DNA of 53,739 nt from Cyanophora paradoxa CCMP329 (lineage: Eukaryota > Plantae > Glaucophyta), in the NCBI GenBank assembly GCA_004431415.1, contig QPMI01000299.1:1-53739 (forward strand). Direction: 5' to 3'. Within the stretch, counting starts at the first letter, position 1. Each line of letters begins with the position of its first letter. Both the position numbers and the translations under genes were made by a program. Of this stretch, positions 39,781 to 51,216 are shown piece by piece. The notes beneath the pieces were generated by a model. It saw only the letters and a program-made list of their open reading frames with translations. It ran no database searches and was not told the DNA's origin.

Positions 39781-42265
39781 ATGATCAAAGGCGGGAGCAC
39801 ATCACAGAAGCCCAAGATTAGGTACGCGATATCATAAGAGCCGCGCCGATGGCCGCCCACGGGCCTTTGAGTCGCACACCGGATTTCATCCATCCGCTCA
39901 CCGTGCTTGTCTTCGCTCTTGCTCTTTTCAGCACGCCGTACAAGACGAAGGCAACGCAAGTGCGCCGCGCCGCTGTGAAGCTGCCCCCAAATGTCTCTGT
40001 GCCAATCTCGGCCGTCCGCAGGATGGTGTCCCCATCGGCGGACCTTCGGCAGCTGCGAAGCAGGCAAAGGTCCCACAGACCCCGACGCAGCCGAAGGCCC
40101 CTGACAACGCGCGGGACGTGAAGGACCCGGTGAATAAGGCGAAGCTGGGCGGTCCGAAGCAGGCGCCATCGCCGGTGTTGTACAGCGACACACTTCCGGC
40201 CTTTCGAGGTGCGATGATATTGCCATTCGTTGGCATGCATTCATGGAACCCTGGCGCGATTCGCTGAACCGCTTTTGTCCTCCGCACACAGATGTCCCGG
40301 TGTCGGAGCGCCAGGCGCTATTCGCGAAGAAGCTGCGCCTGTGCTCGGTTCTGTTCGACTTTACGGACCCCACCTCCAAAGTTCGCGAGAAGGAGATTAA
40401 GCGGCAGACGCTTTTGGAGCTGGTCGACTACGTCAACAACACGAAGAACGTGTTCACCGAGGCTCTATTCGAGGACATCATCAATATGGTGCGCACTTCA
40501 GCGGCGATTAACGCGGGGCGCGCCTGGGTCTTGCGGCATCCGGTGGAGCGGCTTGCGGAGGTGAGGCGCTACTCGTGACGCGCGTTTGCTCGCAGGTGTC
40601 CACGAACCTGTTCAGGACTTTGCCGCCTAGCTCGAATCAGAACAGTGAGAATTACGACCCGGAGGAGGATGAGCCCGCCTTGGAGCCGGCGTGGCCTCAC
40701 CTGCAGATCGTGTACGAGTTCCTGCTGCGCTTCGTGGTGTCCAACGAGTGCGATCCGAAGATCGCTAAGAAGCCCAACTACATCGACAACGTGTTCATCG
40801 TGAAGGCAGGCGCTTTTGTGAGTTTCGGCCGCTGCCCGTGTGCTGATGCGGTCTTTGGCAGCTCCTTGAGCTTTTCGATTCGGAAGACCCTCGTGAGCGG
40901 GATTACTTGAAGACTATCCTGCACAGGATATACGGGAAGTTCATGGCGCACCGGCCGTTCATCCGGAAGGCCATCAACAACATCTTCTTCCGCTTCATTT
41001 ATGAGACAGAGCGCCATAACGGCATAGCAGAGCTCCTCGAGATTCTGGGGAGGTGCGCCGGCGATTACGCCCCGATCGGAGGCCCTGGTCTCGATCGGCC
41101 CACCTCTCGGCCCCCGCTGATCGCTTTGCGCAGCATCATCAACGGCTTCGCGCTGCCCCTGAAGGAGGAGCACAAGCAGTTCCTTAATAAGGCGCTGATT
41201 CCGCTGCACAAGCCGAAGGTCTGCCCCCCCCCGCCGCGCGATGCAGCCGGTCGGTTCTGATGGCCCCGGCAGATCATCGCTATGTACCACCAGCAGTTGT
41301 CGTACTGCGTCACGCAGTTCGTAGAGAAGGACCCGAAGCTGGCAGAGCCGGTGCGCGCCGCCCTCGCGCCTGGCGCGGCCCGGGAGCCTAGCGGGGGCGC
41401 GCAGGTGATCAAGGGCCTGCTCAAGTTCTGGCCCGTGACGAACAGCGCGAAGGAGGTCCTCTTCCTCAACGAGATAGAGGAGGTGCCGCCCCCTCGGCTC
41501 GCCCTGCGCCCCCGCCCTGAGAGCGCCGGCCGGCAGGTGTTGGAGCTCACGCAGCCGGCCGAGTTCCAGAAGATCATGGAGCCGCTCTTCAAGCAGATCG
41601 CCCGCTGCCTGAACAGCCCACACTTCCAGGCAACCGCCGCCGCGGCGCCCGCGCCGCGCGGCGCCTGCTGACGGCGGGGGGCAGGTCGCGGAGCGAGCCC
41701 TCTTCTTGTGGAACAACGAGTACATCGTCAGCCTGGTGGCGCAGAACCGGCAGCGCGTGCTGCCGATCGTGTTCGGCGCACTGCAGCTGAACATCAACGG
41801 CGCCCTCCAGAACAACATCAAGGCGCACTGGAACACGTCCGCCCACGCCGCGCAGCCTCGCTCGCCCCGGCGCCCGCTGACGGCGCCGCTCGCAGGACCG
41901 TGCACAACCTCACATACAATGTACAGAAGCTGTTTATGGAGATGGACTCGGGATTGTTTGACGAGTGCGCGCGCAAGTGGAAGGAGCAGCAAGAAACGTG
42001 CGCCCGCAGCGCCCCCGCCCTCTTCCGCGCCCTCCTGAGCGGCGCCGTGCCCCCACAGGGAGAAGTCGCGGCTAAACAACCGCAAGAAGAGCTGGGAAAA
42101 GCTGGAGGCCATCGCACGGAAAGCGGGTGTGCCGCGCCGGCGTCCCCCGAAGCATTCGCTCCGCGCTCACACCTTTGCGCAGCCCAGCAGCGGGGTATCC
42201 CTCTTCCCTCGTCGCTGCAGCCGTCGGGCGCGGCGCTGCCGTCCGTGCTGCCCTCGCGGAAGTGA
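39781..42265 (+). CDS. PPP2R5: Protein phosphatase 2A regulatory subunit B' (B56)
   Basis: LPAFR|[86 protein letters not shown]|[15 protein letters not shown] and SPHFQ|[14 protein letters not shown]. Confidence 0.97.
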
Positions 42266-43027
42266 TCCCGCCGGCCCTCGTCTACCGTTTTGTCGCGGCG
42301 GGGCTTTTTTCAAGGCTACCCCGAGCACCGCAGCCGCCCTCCCAGTGCTTCTAGTGTGCCTTCGTCTCGTGCTTCCGCCGTCTTTGTTCCAGCTCCCTTT
42401 TTCCGTCCATCCACGCCTTACCTCGACCGCCCCCCCTCCGATCGAGTTTCCCCCGCTCCGCCCTCGCCTGCCCACTCCCCCACCGGCCCAGCCCGGTCTG
42501 TACTCTTGACAGTTATCTCAATGAATCATTTGCGTCCCGTACTCGTCTGCCGGCGCGGGTTTTCAGAGCCCGCGCCCCCTGCGCACACGCAATTGCTCCG
42601 TCTTGTTTCATCTTCGAATTTCTCAGTTCTGCGACTGACGTCGACAGCGCCACTGTAAGAGCGGCGTGCAGCATATGCGCTGTGCACTACGTCTTCGCTA
42701 TGCGCTACGTATACATATGCTCGGGCCGCCGATCGCGAGCTACAGCCTGGCAGTACGCGCGACGGCGCGGCCCCACACGGCGCGGCCGCGGGAAAGAGAC
42801 TCTGAGAGCCGGCCGCTACCGTAGTACATATGTGCACGTGGAGGGTCTCGAGTCCCGCAAAATCGACTACTGTCAGTACTACAATGCGCAACGTATACGT
42901 AACGGTACTAAGCCGGTACTAAGCACTACTAGGCTAACTGGTAGGGTCGAGAGGGCTGCAGTCGCCGCCCGGGCCGCCGCGTGCCACGGTGGGGCGCTCG
43001 GGGAGCGGGCGGGGCGGCGGGGCGGGG

Positions 43028-46000
43028 CTAGACGACCTCGAGGAGGAAGGAGCGGACGTCGAAACCCATGACGCGCTCCTGCTCGCTCCACTCCACCCGG
43101 TTCAGGTACCCTGCCCCCGCCCCGCCCGCTCGCCGGCGGCCCCGCGCGGGCGGGGTCCGGCGGGGGCGCACCGGAGGCGCCCACGATGGTGACGAGGAGG
43201 TCGAAGAAGCTGCTCTCCGGCACCGCCGTGCACCGCAGCGCCTCCCGCAGCGTCGTCAGCTGCCCGCCCCGCCCTCAGCGCCGGCCGCGCGGGGCGGGGC
43301 GGGGCGGGGCGGGGGGGCGGGCCACGGCGGGGGTGGAGCGGTGGATGCGCTGCACGCGGGCGTCGCTGTCGGGGAGGGTCATGTAGGCCCGAAGCTGAGC
43401 ACGCAGAGCTTCGTCTTGCTCCAGAAGCTCTTCTTGCGCGCCGCCTTGAGGTGGCACTCCACGTCTGCGGGTGGCCGGGGACGATCAGAACGGGAAAGGG
43501 CGGAGCGGAAAGCAACGGGGAAGGGGCGGACAGTAGACGGGGTTCGGCTCCGCCTCGCTCGTGTTGATCTGCATCGCGCTGAAGAAGAAGGAGAAGAAGG
43601 TGCGGTCCGAGCCGTCCTGCGAGGGCCCCCCGCCGGGCCCACGCTGCCCCGCCCCGCGTCGGCCCCGCCCCGCCCCCGCCCCCCCCGGCCGCCCGGGCCG
43701 GGCGCACCTGAACATGACCTCGCGGCTCCCGCTCTGGCCCTCCAGCACGCCCTTGTGCGAGCCTGCGCCCCCGGCGTGAGGCCGGCGGCGCGGGGGCGGG
43801 GCCGGCAGCGCGGGGGCGGACCGGTGCGCTTGAAGTGGGAGAAGACGAGGGTGCGGGCGAGCTGGGAGGCGGCGGCGGCGGCCTCGGCGGAGAGGTTCGC
43901 CCCTCGATGTACGCCGCCAGCCGCCGCAGCGCCGAGAGCTGCGCCCGCCCCGCCTCGGCCGGGGCCGGGCGCGTGGGGCGGGGGCGTGGGGCGGGGGCGG
44001 GGGCGGCACCCGCTCGCGCTCGTTGACGAGGACGTCCAGCGATCGCAGGCGGCACTTCGTCGCCCCCTCCCCCTCCTCGCCCCCGCCCCTCCGCCCCGCC
44101 GCCCCGCCTCCCCCTGGGCGGCCGCCCCGGGGCGGGCTGGGCATTGGGGCCGGCGGCGGGCGGGGCCCCGGGGAGCCCGGCATGCAGCCGTCGAAGGAGC
44201 ACTTGGCGAGGGCGGTGGCCTTCACGCGCGACGCGTGAGGGCGGGGCCGGGGCGGGGCGGGCGGGGCGGGGGCGGGCCTGCACGCGGAGGTCGTCGGCGG
44301 CCTGGCTGAGCTTGACGTCGGCGGTGAGGGGCTTATAGCCGCGGCACTGGCACGCCAGTGTGCAGACGACGCGGGAGCAGAGGCAGAGGAAGTTGAGGAA
44401 GGGCACGGCGTCCGCCTCCCGCAGGCCCAGGTGCCTGCCCCGCCGGCCCCCGCTCGCCCCCCGCCGAGCCGCCCGGGGCGGGGGCGGGGCGGGGGGGCGC
44501 ACCGGAGGGAGGCGAGGAAGGAGGGGGGCGGGGAGGGCTTGCGGTCGGAGCGGAGGAAGAAGCGCCAGGCGTCGCAGGCGAGCGCGTTGCCCGCCTGGTC
44601 GTGCTGCACCGACTGGATGATGCTCACGCACGAGTCCGCCGGCGCCCCCGCCGGCAGCGTCCTGCCCCGCACCCCTCGGCCCCCGCTCGCCCCGGCGGGG
44701 GCGGGGGCGGGGCGGCGCACCGGGCGAGCTGCGAGCGCCCCTCGAAGTCGGTGCGGGAGCCGTCGAGGTTGAGCACGCTCACGCAGCAGCGCACGACGGG
44801 GACCAGCCTGCCCGGCATGCGCCCCTGAGCGTCCCGCGTGCGCTGCACACTCGAGAGGCCGGGCCCCCTCACCTCTCGTTCCCGTGCTGGGGGTGCTGAG
44901 GCCCCGCCCGAGCGGCGTCAGGCATCGGGGTGCAACACGGATCGAAGACGAGCGGGGCGGACCATGCCGTGCCAGTGGTGGGCCTCGCACTGGGGCAGGA
45001 ACACGACGCGCTCGCACATCCGGTGGTAGAAGTCGCTGCCGGCGCGTCAGGCGCCCGCCGGCCGGGCGTCGGATGGCAGGGCAGTTCACCGGTAGCGCTG
45101 GAATTCGGTCTGCGAGCACATCTTGAAGAGGGCCCTGGCGGGGCCGAGGGTTCAGCGCGCGCAGGTCGGCCGACGCCGTGACGCCGGGCAGCGACGCGGG
45201 GGCGTACTTGTGGTACTCGACGGAGTGGAGGAGGTCGGCGGCGCGCTCGAGGTGCGCCTCGGCGGGCGGCCCCGGCACGAACTGCCGGAGGCCGGCGGCG
45301 CCGCCGTCCACGGCCAGCAGCTCGGCCGCCGAGCGCCCCTCCGCGTACATCCGCAGGCACCGCCGCGCCTCCGCCTCCGCCCGGGAGTCCGCACTGTGCC
45401 GAGCGCGCGTCAGCGCCAGCGGTGCGGAGCCACATCCGGAGGGGCGGGGGCGACGGACACGAAGACCCGCTTCCAGAAGCCCTGCGGGCCGCCCGCGAGC
45501 GCGAACGTGTGCTCCAGCTCCAGCTCCCGGAGGATCGGGTCGCGAGGCCTGGGGCGCGGCCGCGTTAATCGACCGTCCAAGTTCGTGAATTGTGGTGCAG
45601 TTACCGCCGGTGCGGTGCTGCCCAGAAGAGCCGCCAGAAAATCGCTGCTCACACAACCACAATTAATTCCAGGCGCCGCGGCGAGCTCGGGCCGGTGCGC
45701 GAGATTTGCAGGGCGCAATTACCATTCTCCGAGCTGATGGCGTACCAAGTCTGTGGCGGGACTCGGAGTGAGCTCCCTAGAACAGCGAGGAGATATCTGT
45801 GAGAAAGATGTGTACCTTGCAGGTGAGGGCAGCGCTGAGGACGTCCGCGGGATTGTCCAGGAAGAAGAAGAACCGCAAAATAATCTACATAACAGGTTCA
45901 ACCACGAACGCCGTCAGTTCGCGGGAATGGGGCAAGCACCTCGCCTGGCAACAACTCCGCTAGTGAGGGCTCGCGGCCGCGTACAGAAGAGACGGCGAGG

Positions 46001-46382
46001 ATCTCGTCCTCCTCCTCGCCGAGCTTGTACGAGAGCACGGGCTGCGGCAGCACCGACGAGCTCTTGCACAGCTGCGGGAAGCGGTCCAGGACGTGCGCGA
46101 AGGTGTCCTGTCCTAGAAACTGCACAGTCGTCGCCCCTCGGCCCGCTGCGTGTGGTAAGCTGCCATCTGTCTCGGCGGGAGCGACCGCCGCGGATCTGCG
46201 CGCGGCGGAGCAACGTCGACCACAAGTCTGGGGAGAGCGGCAGTTAGTGCGGCGCCGGCGCACCGATCGTTGGACATGGATCGAAGCAAGCGGCGCGCCG
46301 CTTTAAAGAAAGTTGCGCTCATCTCGTCTGGGTCGGGGAGCGGCGACGGCGGCGACGACAGATCAAGACAGCCGCACAACAT
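43028..46382 (-). CDS. F-box protein with an unrecognised C-terminal region (start uncertain: 46382 or 46322)
   Basis: Spliced F-box SLAELLPGE|IILRFFFFLDNPADVLSAALTCK|TWYAISSEN|AIFWRLF. Many downstream coding-like exons, ending ...FDVRSFLLEVV* at 43030-43028. Confidence 0.7.
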
Positions 46383-46704
46383 GCAGGCGGCCGACGGACG
46401 CGGGAGCGAGAGCGTGCAAGTGTGCGGCGGGCGTCGATGAACTCAGCTTTGGAACTTTGAAAACCAGAACCAGCCTCGAGCTCGACTGGCGGGGTAGAGC
46501 CTCGGAGTCGAACTCCTACCCCCCATTCACGCTTGCACATTCACCTTCGCCACGCGGCGCCGGCATCCGTACGCACGTGCACCGGCGACCCTCGCAGCTA
46601 TAGCTAGCCATGCTACAAGGCGCCGGCGCTAGGATCACATTTGAACTGACACACGCTCGAATTTAATTTAGAGAGAACGAGGGCGCCGCGGTGGACGGCG
46701 CCGG

Positions 46705-48262
46705 CTAGTTGTGGTGCTCTTGGAAGAACCTGTGCGATCGTGGGTCGATCAAATCACGCGCCGAGCCGGGCGGCGGGGGCGGGAAGCGAGGCGGCGGGGC
46801 ATGCGCACCTGAAGACAGACTCGCGGCAGCACTCCGAGGTGTACTCGTGCTTCGAGTGGCCGGCGGAGATGCACCTGCAGCCGCTGTCCCTGTGGTGTGG
46901 CGTCTCGGCGTCCAGCGGCTTCGAGCTCTGCGCGCGGGGTAAATCGCTATTCGCGATGCCCGAGAAGCGCCCGCGCGTGCAGCCGCACGAGCTAGGTGCA
47001 GAGGCTAGGTCTGCTGCTCGCGGGGTTGGGGAAGCGCACGGCGACCCAGTTGACGGCGAGCTTCTCGAAGAGCTTCTTCGCCTTGCTCGACATCGTCGGC
47101 GGTATGTGGTGCACCCTGCCGGGCGCTCGGGGGCAGGAGGGCGGGGGCGGCGGGGCGCTCGCCGCGCACGAGTCTGTCAAGGCGATGGCGCGCACCCTCT
47201 CCTTCACCTGGTCGGCTGCACGGGCGCTGAACGGGCCGGCGAGGCGCGAGAGGGCGGGGATGGGTAGGGGCGCACTTCGCTCGGACAGGAGCGCGACTGT
47301 GCAAATCCCGCCGTAGGAGTGGGCCACGAGGTAGACGTCCCGCGCCGGCGACTTCGAGACGATGTGGTCCCACACGTACCTGCCCACGCCCGCAGGACGC
47401 CGGTCAGCCGCTCGATGACGCCCGCGCCCGCAGGGCACCCGCAAGGCGAGGGGCGCGCACAACGTGTGCGCCTCCGCCTTCTCGCTCCCCCGGATCTTCT
47501 TCGGCGCCCCCTTCGGGTCGCTGGCGGAGGGGGCCCTGTTCAGGTTCGGATTGGTGATGACGAGGCTGTAACCCTGGTGATAAATGAGAGGGAGCAAGGA
47601 AGGGCTGAGGGGCGGCGGCGGGCCTGCGCCACGGCTTGCTCGATGTACGCTGCGCAGAGAACGGGCGGTTACGACAAGCTTGCCCGGATAGCAAAGCAAA
47701 CACTCACGGAATATTGTGCCCGTCTTTAGGGAGTCATTTATGCACAATGCCCGCGCCCACTGGCCCGCCCGCACGGCGCCGGTTCCTTGCTGTATGAATA
47801 GGAGCTTCGCCGCATTCGTCTCAAGGTCTCCCGACACAAAAATGTTGCTCGTAGGTTCGTCAGCGGTCGCGTCAAGCGGGAGGCGGACCTGCAGTCGAGA
47901 AGCTGGGGCTCTATCTAGGCTTTGCATTAACAGGGTCGACGCACGAGCCGAAGGTTGTACTTCGTCACGAGCGCTCGCTGTATATACTCTAGAACTTTGT
48001 CCCCGAGCCTGTCGTAGTGCGCTGGACGAACAGATCAGCTAGGGCCAACCTTGATCGACGATCGCAGTGTCTAGCTAGGCCCAACCTTGATCGACGAACT
48101 GCGAGGCGCGCTGAGATCATGCGAATTTCCCGGTCAGCTCAAACCAATTACCTCGAAAGCTTTCCCATCTTTCTTGTTCCTTAGCTTGCCTTGGCCATCG
48201 AAAGTGTACGTGGCGTCTTCTAGCTCCAGGCCCGCCGGCGCAGACCAGGTGAAGTCGTGCAT
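46705..48262 (-). CDS. FAM172A: ARB2/FAM172 family alpha/beta-hydrolase-fold protein
   Basis: YTFDGQGKLRN...FE|FVDQ|AHYDRLG, NIFVSGD...LLFIQQGTGAVRAGQWARALCINDSLKTGT, YVWDHIV...VYLVAHSYGG, IALTDS|VH, NWVA|SSKPLD and ISAGHSKHEYTS. Confidence 0.9.
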
Positions 48263-48504
48263 CGCGGACTTGCTTGCGTCTGCTCCCGGCGTGCCCTCGT
48301 GTCCGTGGCGGCTCCCCAGCTTGATCGACGCCGGCTGACGCGACGCAGAAGCGTAGGCGGCGCGGTTGAATGGATAGAAAGAGAGCGAGGCCGGATCGCC
48401 GATCGAAGATTGCAGGATCTGCAGCCGTCGCCTGGCTTGTACGTGCAACACTTGTGACCACACCCCGTTGGCTCTACCCCCCTCTTGTTGGGCCGTTTCG
48501 CGGC

Positions 48505-51093
48505 ATGGCGTTTCTCGCTCCGGCGCTCCCTGGCAGCGCCGCGGGATGCCGAGGTGGGCCTCCTCTAGTCGATAGTCCTCAAGCTGCCATAGCGAAGTCC
48601 CGGACGCCGCCGAGCCTCGGTCGCTCGGCGCAGCGCAGGCGGGCTCTGTCAGCAGCAGTCAGCGAGAGGAGGTTCTTCGGAGTGGAGCCGACTGGCTGGA
48701 GCGAGCTCTTCCGATCGCAGCCCGTTCTCTTTGAAATCTTCTGCCGCTCATCGAGGCCCGGAGAAAGCGTGGGCGATGCAGACCATCCGGCGGGCGGCAG
48801 CACTGGCGATAAGACAGGTTCAGGCCGCCCGAAGCCGCAGGTCGGGCCACCGCCTCAGTCTCTCCTTTCGTCGATCGCTGAGGACACGGTCGGCTCGTCC
48901 ACTCGAAGCGGCGCGAGCAAGCCCTCCGGCAGCTCTTCGAATCTCCCGGGGGGCTCTGCACCAGCGCGCAGTGCACCGTCCGCCGGCGCGGAATCGGCAG
49001 CGGCAGCGAAGACCGCGACTCCAGCACCGTCCGCAAAGTCGCCTAGCGGTGGCTCGTCACCATCTTCTGGATCTCAATCAACCGCCGCTGCGCCGGCGCG
49101 CGCGCAGAGCTCGACCCCTGCTGCAGCGCCCTCCACCCCACCTGCATCGGCGGCCGTGGCCCCCGCTTCCGCCACCCCCTCCACTTCCACCGCCCCACCC
49201 GTGTCGGGCCGTGACGCTCCCACTAGCACCGCGTCCGCGCCTACCGCTTCCACCGCTCCTCCCGCTGCCGCGCAAACCACAACGACCTCCACCGCGGCAT
49301 CTTCCGCCGCCTCATCTAAACCCGACCTGTCGGCCACCGACTTGCTCGTTCGCGGGTTGAAAGGTATTGCTTGCGAGTTGGCGTAATCTCAACTGCCCTG
49401 ACCACATCGTCATCGGCAGGCCTCAACAAGTCGTCGAAGGCGGAAGGCGAGGTCGTCAGGACGAACCTGCAAACGACGTGGACGCCGCCGTCGGGCGATG
49501 ACGAATCCAGCATGGCGCGGCGCGGCTCCGTCGGCTCCTTGTCGAGCGAGGAGCTCGACGCGAGGGGCCGCGCCAACATCGACGAGCTCCTTCCTGAGCG
49601 GTGCGCCCCGGCGCGCCCCCTCCGCTCCGTCAGCCGGCCCACGCGCGCCGCAGGTACCGGCGGAAGCAGGATGCGGCGCAGGCGACGGGTTTGGTTGCGA
49701 GCCTGCAGCGGTTGGCTGGCTTCGTGGCCCGAGCCGCGGCGGCGCTCGCCGTCGCCGTCCTGATCTGGGCCGGCGGTCGCCAAGCATCCCTCCTCAGCTC
49801 CCTCCCCAAAGCGCCCGAGAACGGCGCCGTCACAGCCTCCGCGGCTCCGCCTGCTGCTGGCGATGAGGCGCCCGCCGCACCCGCCGGAGTGGCGGGAGAC
49901 GCCGACGCTGCGGGGTCTGCGGCGGAGGGCGGCGCGCAGGCCGCGGCGGCGCCGGCGCAGCAGCCGCAGGCGCAGGCGCAGCAGCAGCCGAAGCGGATGC
50001 CGATCTTCGCGCGGCTCATCGCCTCGTTGGACGGGAAGCGCGCCAAGGGATCCCCCGACGCCCCGGCCGTCGCCACGGCGGCCGCGTCGGCCCCCGCGGC
50101 CATCACTGCGGAGGCCTCCGGCGTCGCGGGGTCCCCAGCGGCCGCGCCGGCGGCGGGTAGCGCGGCGGCGGGGGCGCAGCAGCGGCCGCAGCGGGTGCCG
50201 CGGCTGCTCTCGATGATTCTGGCGCGCCTGATGGAGCACAAGGGGACGCAGACGGACGGTGCGCGCGCCCGGGCGCCGGCCCCGCCGGGCTGGGGCCGAC
50301 GGCGCGGGGGCCAGGGGTGTGGGACGGGGACAGCGCGCGGGCGGAGCGGGACCAGGCGGTGGGGACGGCGAAGCGGACCCAGGTGCTGGGCCACCACGCG
50401 ATGGAGGAGGCCCCCGCCGCCGACCTCCTCGTCCTCAAGTCCTCCCGCGGCCGCCAAGTCAAGCTCCGCTCCGCCGCCGCCCGCGCCTTCGACGCCGTCC
50501 GCCGCCCCGCCCTGCCCCGCCGCGCGGCCGGGGCGCGTGGCCCGACGCGGGGGCAGATGGTGGCGGCGGCGCGGGCGGACGGCGTGGACATCTACCCCGT
50601 CTCGGGCTTCCGCTCCGTGAACGACCAGGTCCGCCCCGCCCGCCCCGCCCCGGGGCGCCCCGCCGACGCGGCACTGGGCGGCAGGTGCGGGTCTTCTTCG
50701 ACATCAAGGCCTCGCGCTCGCAGGCGGCGCACGAGCGGGCCAAGGTCTCCGCCCCGCCCGGCTACTCCGAGCACCACACCGGCTACGCCATCGACGTCGG
50801 CGACGGTGCGCCGCCCGCCCCGCCCCCGCCGCCCGTCCCGCGCCGGCGCGCCTCCCGTGCGAGGCGGGGCGGCGTGGTGCGCAGGGAAGCGGCCGGACAC
50901 GATCCTGCAGGAGAACTTCGAGACGACGGCGGCGTACCGCTGGCTCTGCGCCAACGCCGCCCGCTTCCACTTCGAGATCTCCTTCCCACGGGACAACGCG
51001 CAAGGGATCATGTACGAGCCGTGGCACTGGCGCTTCATCGGCGACATCCATTCCCTCGAGACGTTCGCCCCCAGCCGCCAGCCCGGCAAGTAG
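48505..51093 (+). CDS. vanY: Plastid-targeted D-alanyl-D-alanine carboxypeptidase (VanY / peptidase M15B), cyanobacterial type
   Basis: MAFLAPALP... transit-peptide-like leader, an S/T/A/P linker and a TM-like stretch ARAAAALAVAVLIWAGG. Catalytic domain: VSGFRSVNDQ|...SAPPGYSEHHTGYAIDVGD...AYRWLCANAARFHFEISFPRDNAQGIMYEPWHWRFIG (SxHxxGxAxD and ExxH zinc motifs). Confidence 0.93.
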
Positions 51094-51216
51094 CCCCGCG
51101 CACCCTCCGAGCGCCCTCCCGGCCACCGTTTTTTTGTCAGAGTCTCCTTCTTTCTAGGTGTATTTCACGGTAGGCTAGCCAGCTGTCGTTAATTTGATTC
51201 GAGGACCCCCCTTGGC

